In this document: piece after piece, positions 63,352 through 64,000 of the stretch
How positions within the stretch are numbered: the first letter of the stretch is position 1
How the letters are laid out: each line of letters opens with the position of its first letter
Virus record (IMG/VR): IMGVR_UViG_3300027749_000046
DNA: 64,000 bases
Strand: one strand, 5' to 3'
Source of the DNA: a virus
Position numbers and translations under genes: made by a program
Notes under the pieces: model-generated
Told to the model about the DNA's origin: nothing
The model's database searches: none
The model's input: only the letters and a program-made list of their open reading frames with translations

Positions 63352-64000
63352 TTAGAATGCACCACCGTCGAGTGAGCCGTAGGCAGGAAGGTTGTTGGTA
63401 ACCTGTAGTACCTGACCATTTGATCCAATACCAAGCTTAGATAAAGCAGTAGTTCCTGATGCGTAGAGCACGTCACCTATTGTGTACGACGTCTGACCAG
63501 TACCACCAGATCCAGCAACGAGACCTGTTGTCAGAGTCAAGCTGTTAGCAGTGAAGTTGACGTTGACTGTGCTGTTTGCTGTTATTGTAACCGCCAGTGA
63601 GTTGGCTACAAATGCGCCTGAAAGCCCGTATGGAAGGAGGTAAGCTTGGAGAGATCCTATGGTATAAGCCGTAGCTGTATTATCTACGATTGTCGTAGGC
63701 TCTGTATTCGAAGCAAAGATCTTGTACAGTGGATTTGTATTAGAAGACCCACTGTGATCTCTGTAAAAACCACTGTACAGAGTAGTACCAGTATTACCAA
63801 ACGAGCCGTAGAAGCCAATGTCGTAAACATCAGTGAACGTCGTGGTAGAAGCTTCCGAGTCTGCAAGCTTGATCATAGGATCTTTTACTTGCAGCGAAGT
63901 AGTGTCGATGGTAGTTAAAGTTCCCTGAACAGTCAAGTTACCAGAGATTGTAGCATCGCGCACTCGAAGCAGAGAAGACGTCATGTCGACATTTGCGCCT
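63352..64000 (-). CDS. tail fibre, C-terminal part (5' end outside window)
   Basis: GNLTVQGT.TTI.T..L.V.D..I.L motif, GGTG..SYT.GD.LYA, LDGG.F end. Confidence 0.8.
   Translation of the reverse strand, partial: GANVDMTSSLLRVRDATISGNLTVQGTLTTIDTTSLQVKDPMIKLADSEASTTTFTDVYDIGFYGSFGNTGTTLYSGFYRDHSGSSNTNPLYKIFASNTEPTTIVDNTATAYTIGSLQAYLLPYGLSGAFVANSLAVTITANSTVNVNFTANSLTLTTGLVAGSGGTGQTSYTIGDVLYASGTTALSKLGIGSNGQVLQVTNNLPAYGSLDGGAF

Overview
64 kb of a large T4-like (T4 superfamily) myovirus genome, probably infecting an alphaproteobacterium (Hyphomicrobiales-type outer-membrane protein leader, DUF4337, rRNA-boxA-like element). 1-12.3 kb is mostly + strand: an early/accessory region of small promoter-headed cassettes, 12 tRNA genes, three structured ncRNA candidates and host-derived genes (LpxH-like, OMP, GNAT, Arg/Leu-tRNA-protein transferase-like). 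12.2-31 kb is - strand: a putative lysis/membrane module, regA-62-44-45, a large cytosine-modification locus (gp42-like hydroxymethylase, glycosyltransferases, divergent C5-MTase, UDG-like, MazG-like, nuclease, FkbM), def, 46-47-55-uvsW-uvsY. 31-47.3 kb is the head/tail module (3, 23, 22, 21, core polyprotein, 20, 19, 18, 17, 16, 15, 14, 13). 47.3-64 kb is a cluster of fibre/receptor-binding paralogs with an embedded glycosyltransferase. Strongest novel candidates: (1) an unusual hmC hypermodification pathway; (2) possible N-X-S/T glycosylation of the virion; (3) prohead-protease-cleaved core polyproteins built from swappable cassettes; (4) a tRNA-dependent protein-tagging module next to non-canonical tRNAs; (5) a triplet of potato-I/I78-like inhibitor paralogs. 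All calls come from reading motifs by eye; no database searches were run.
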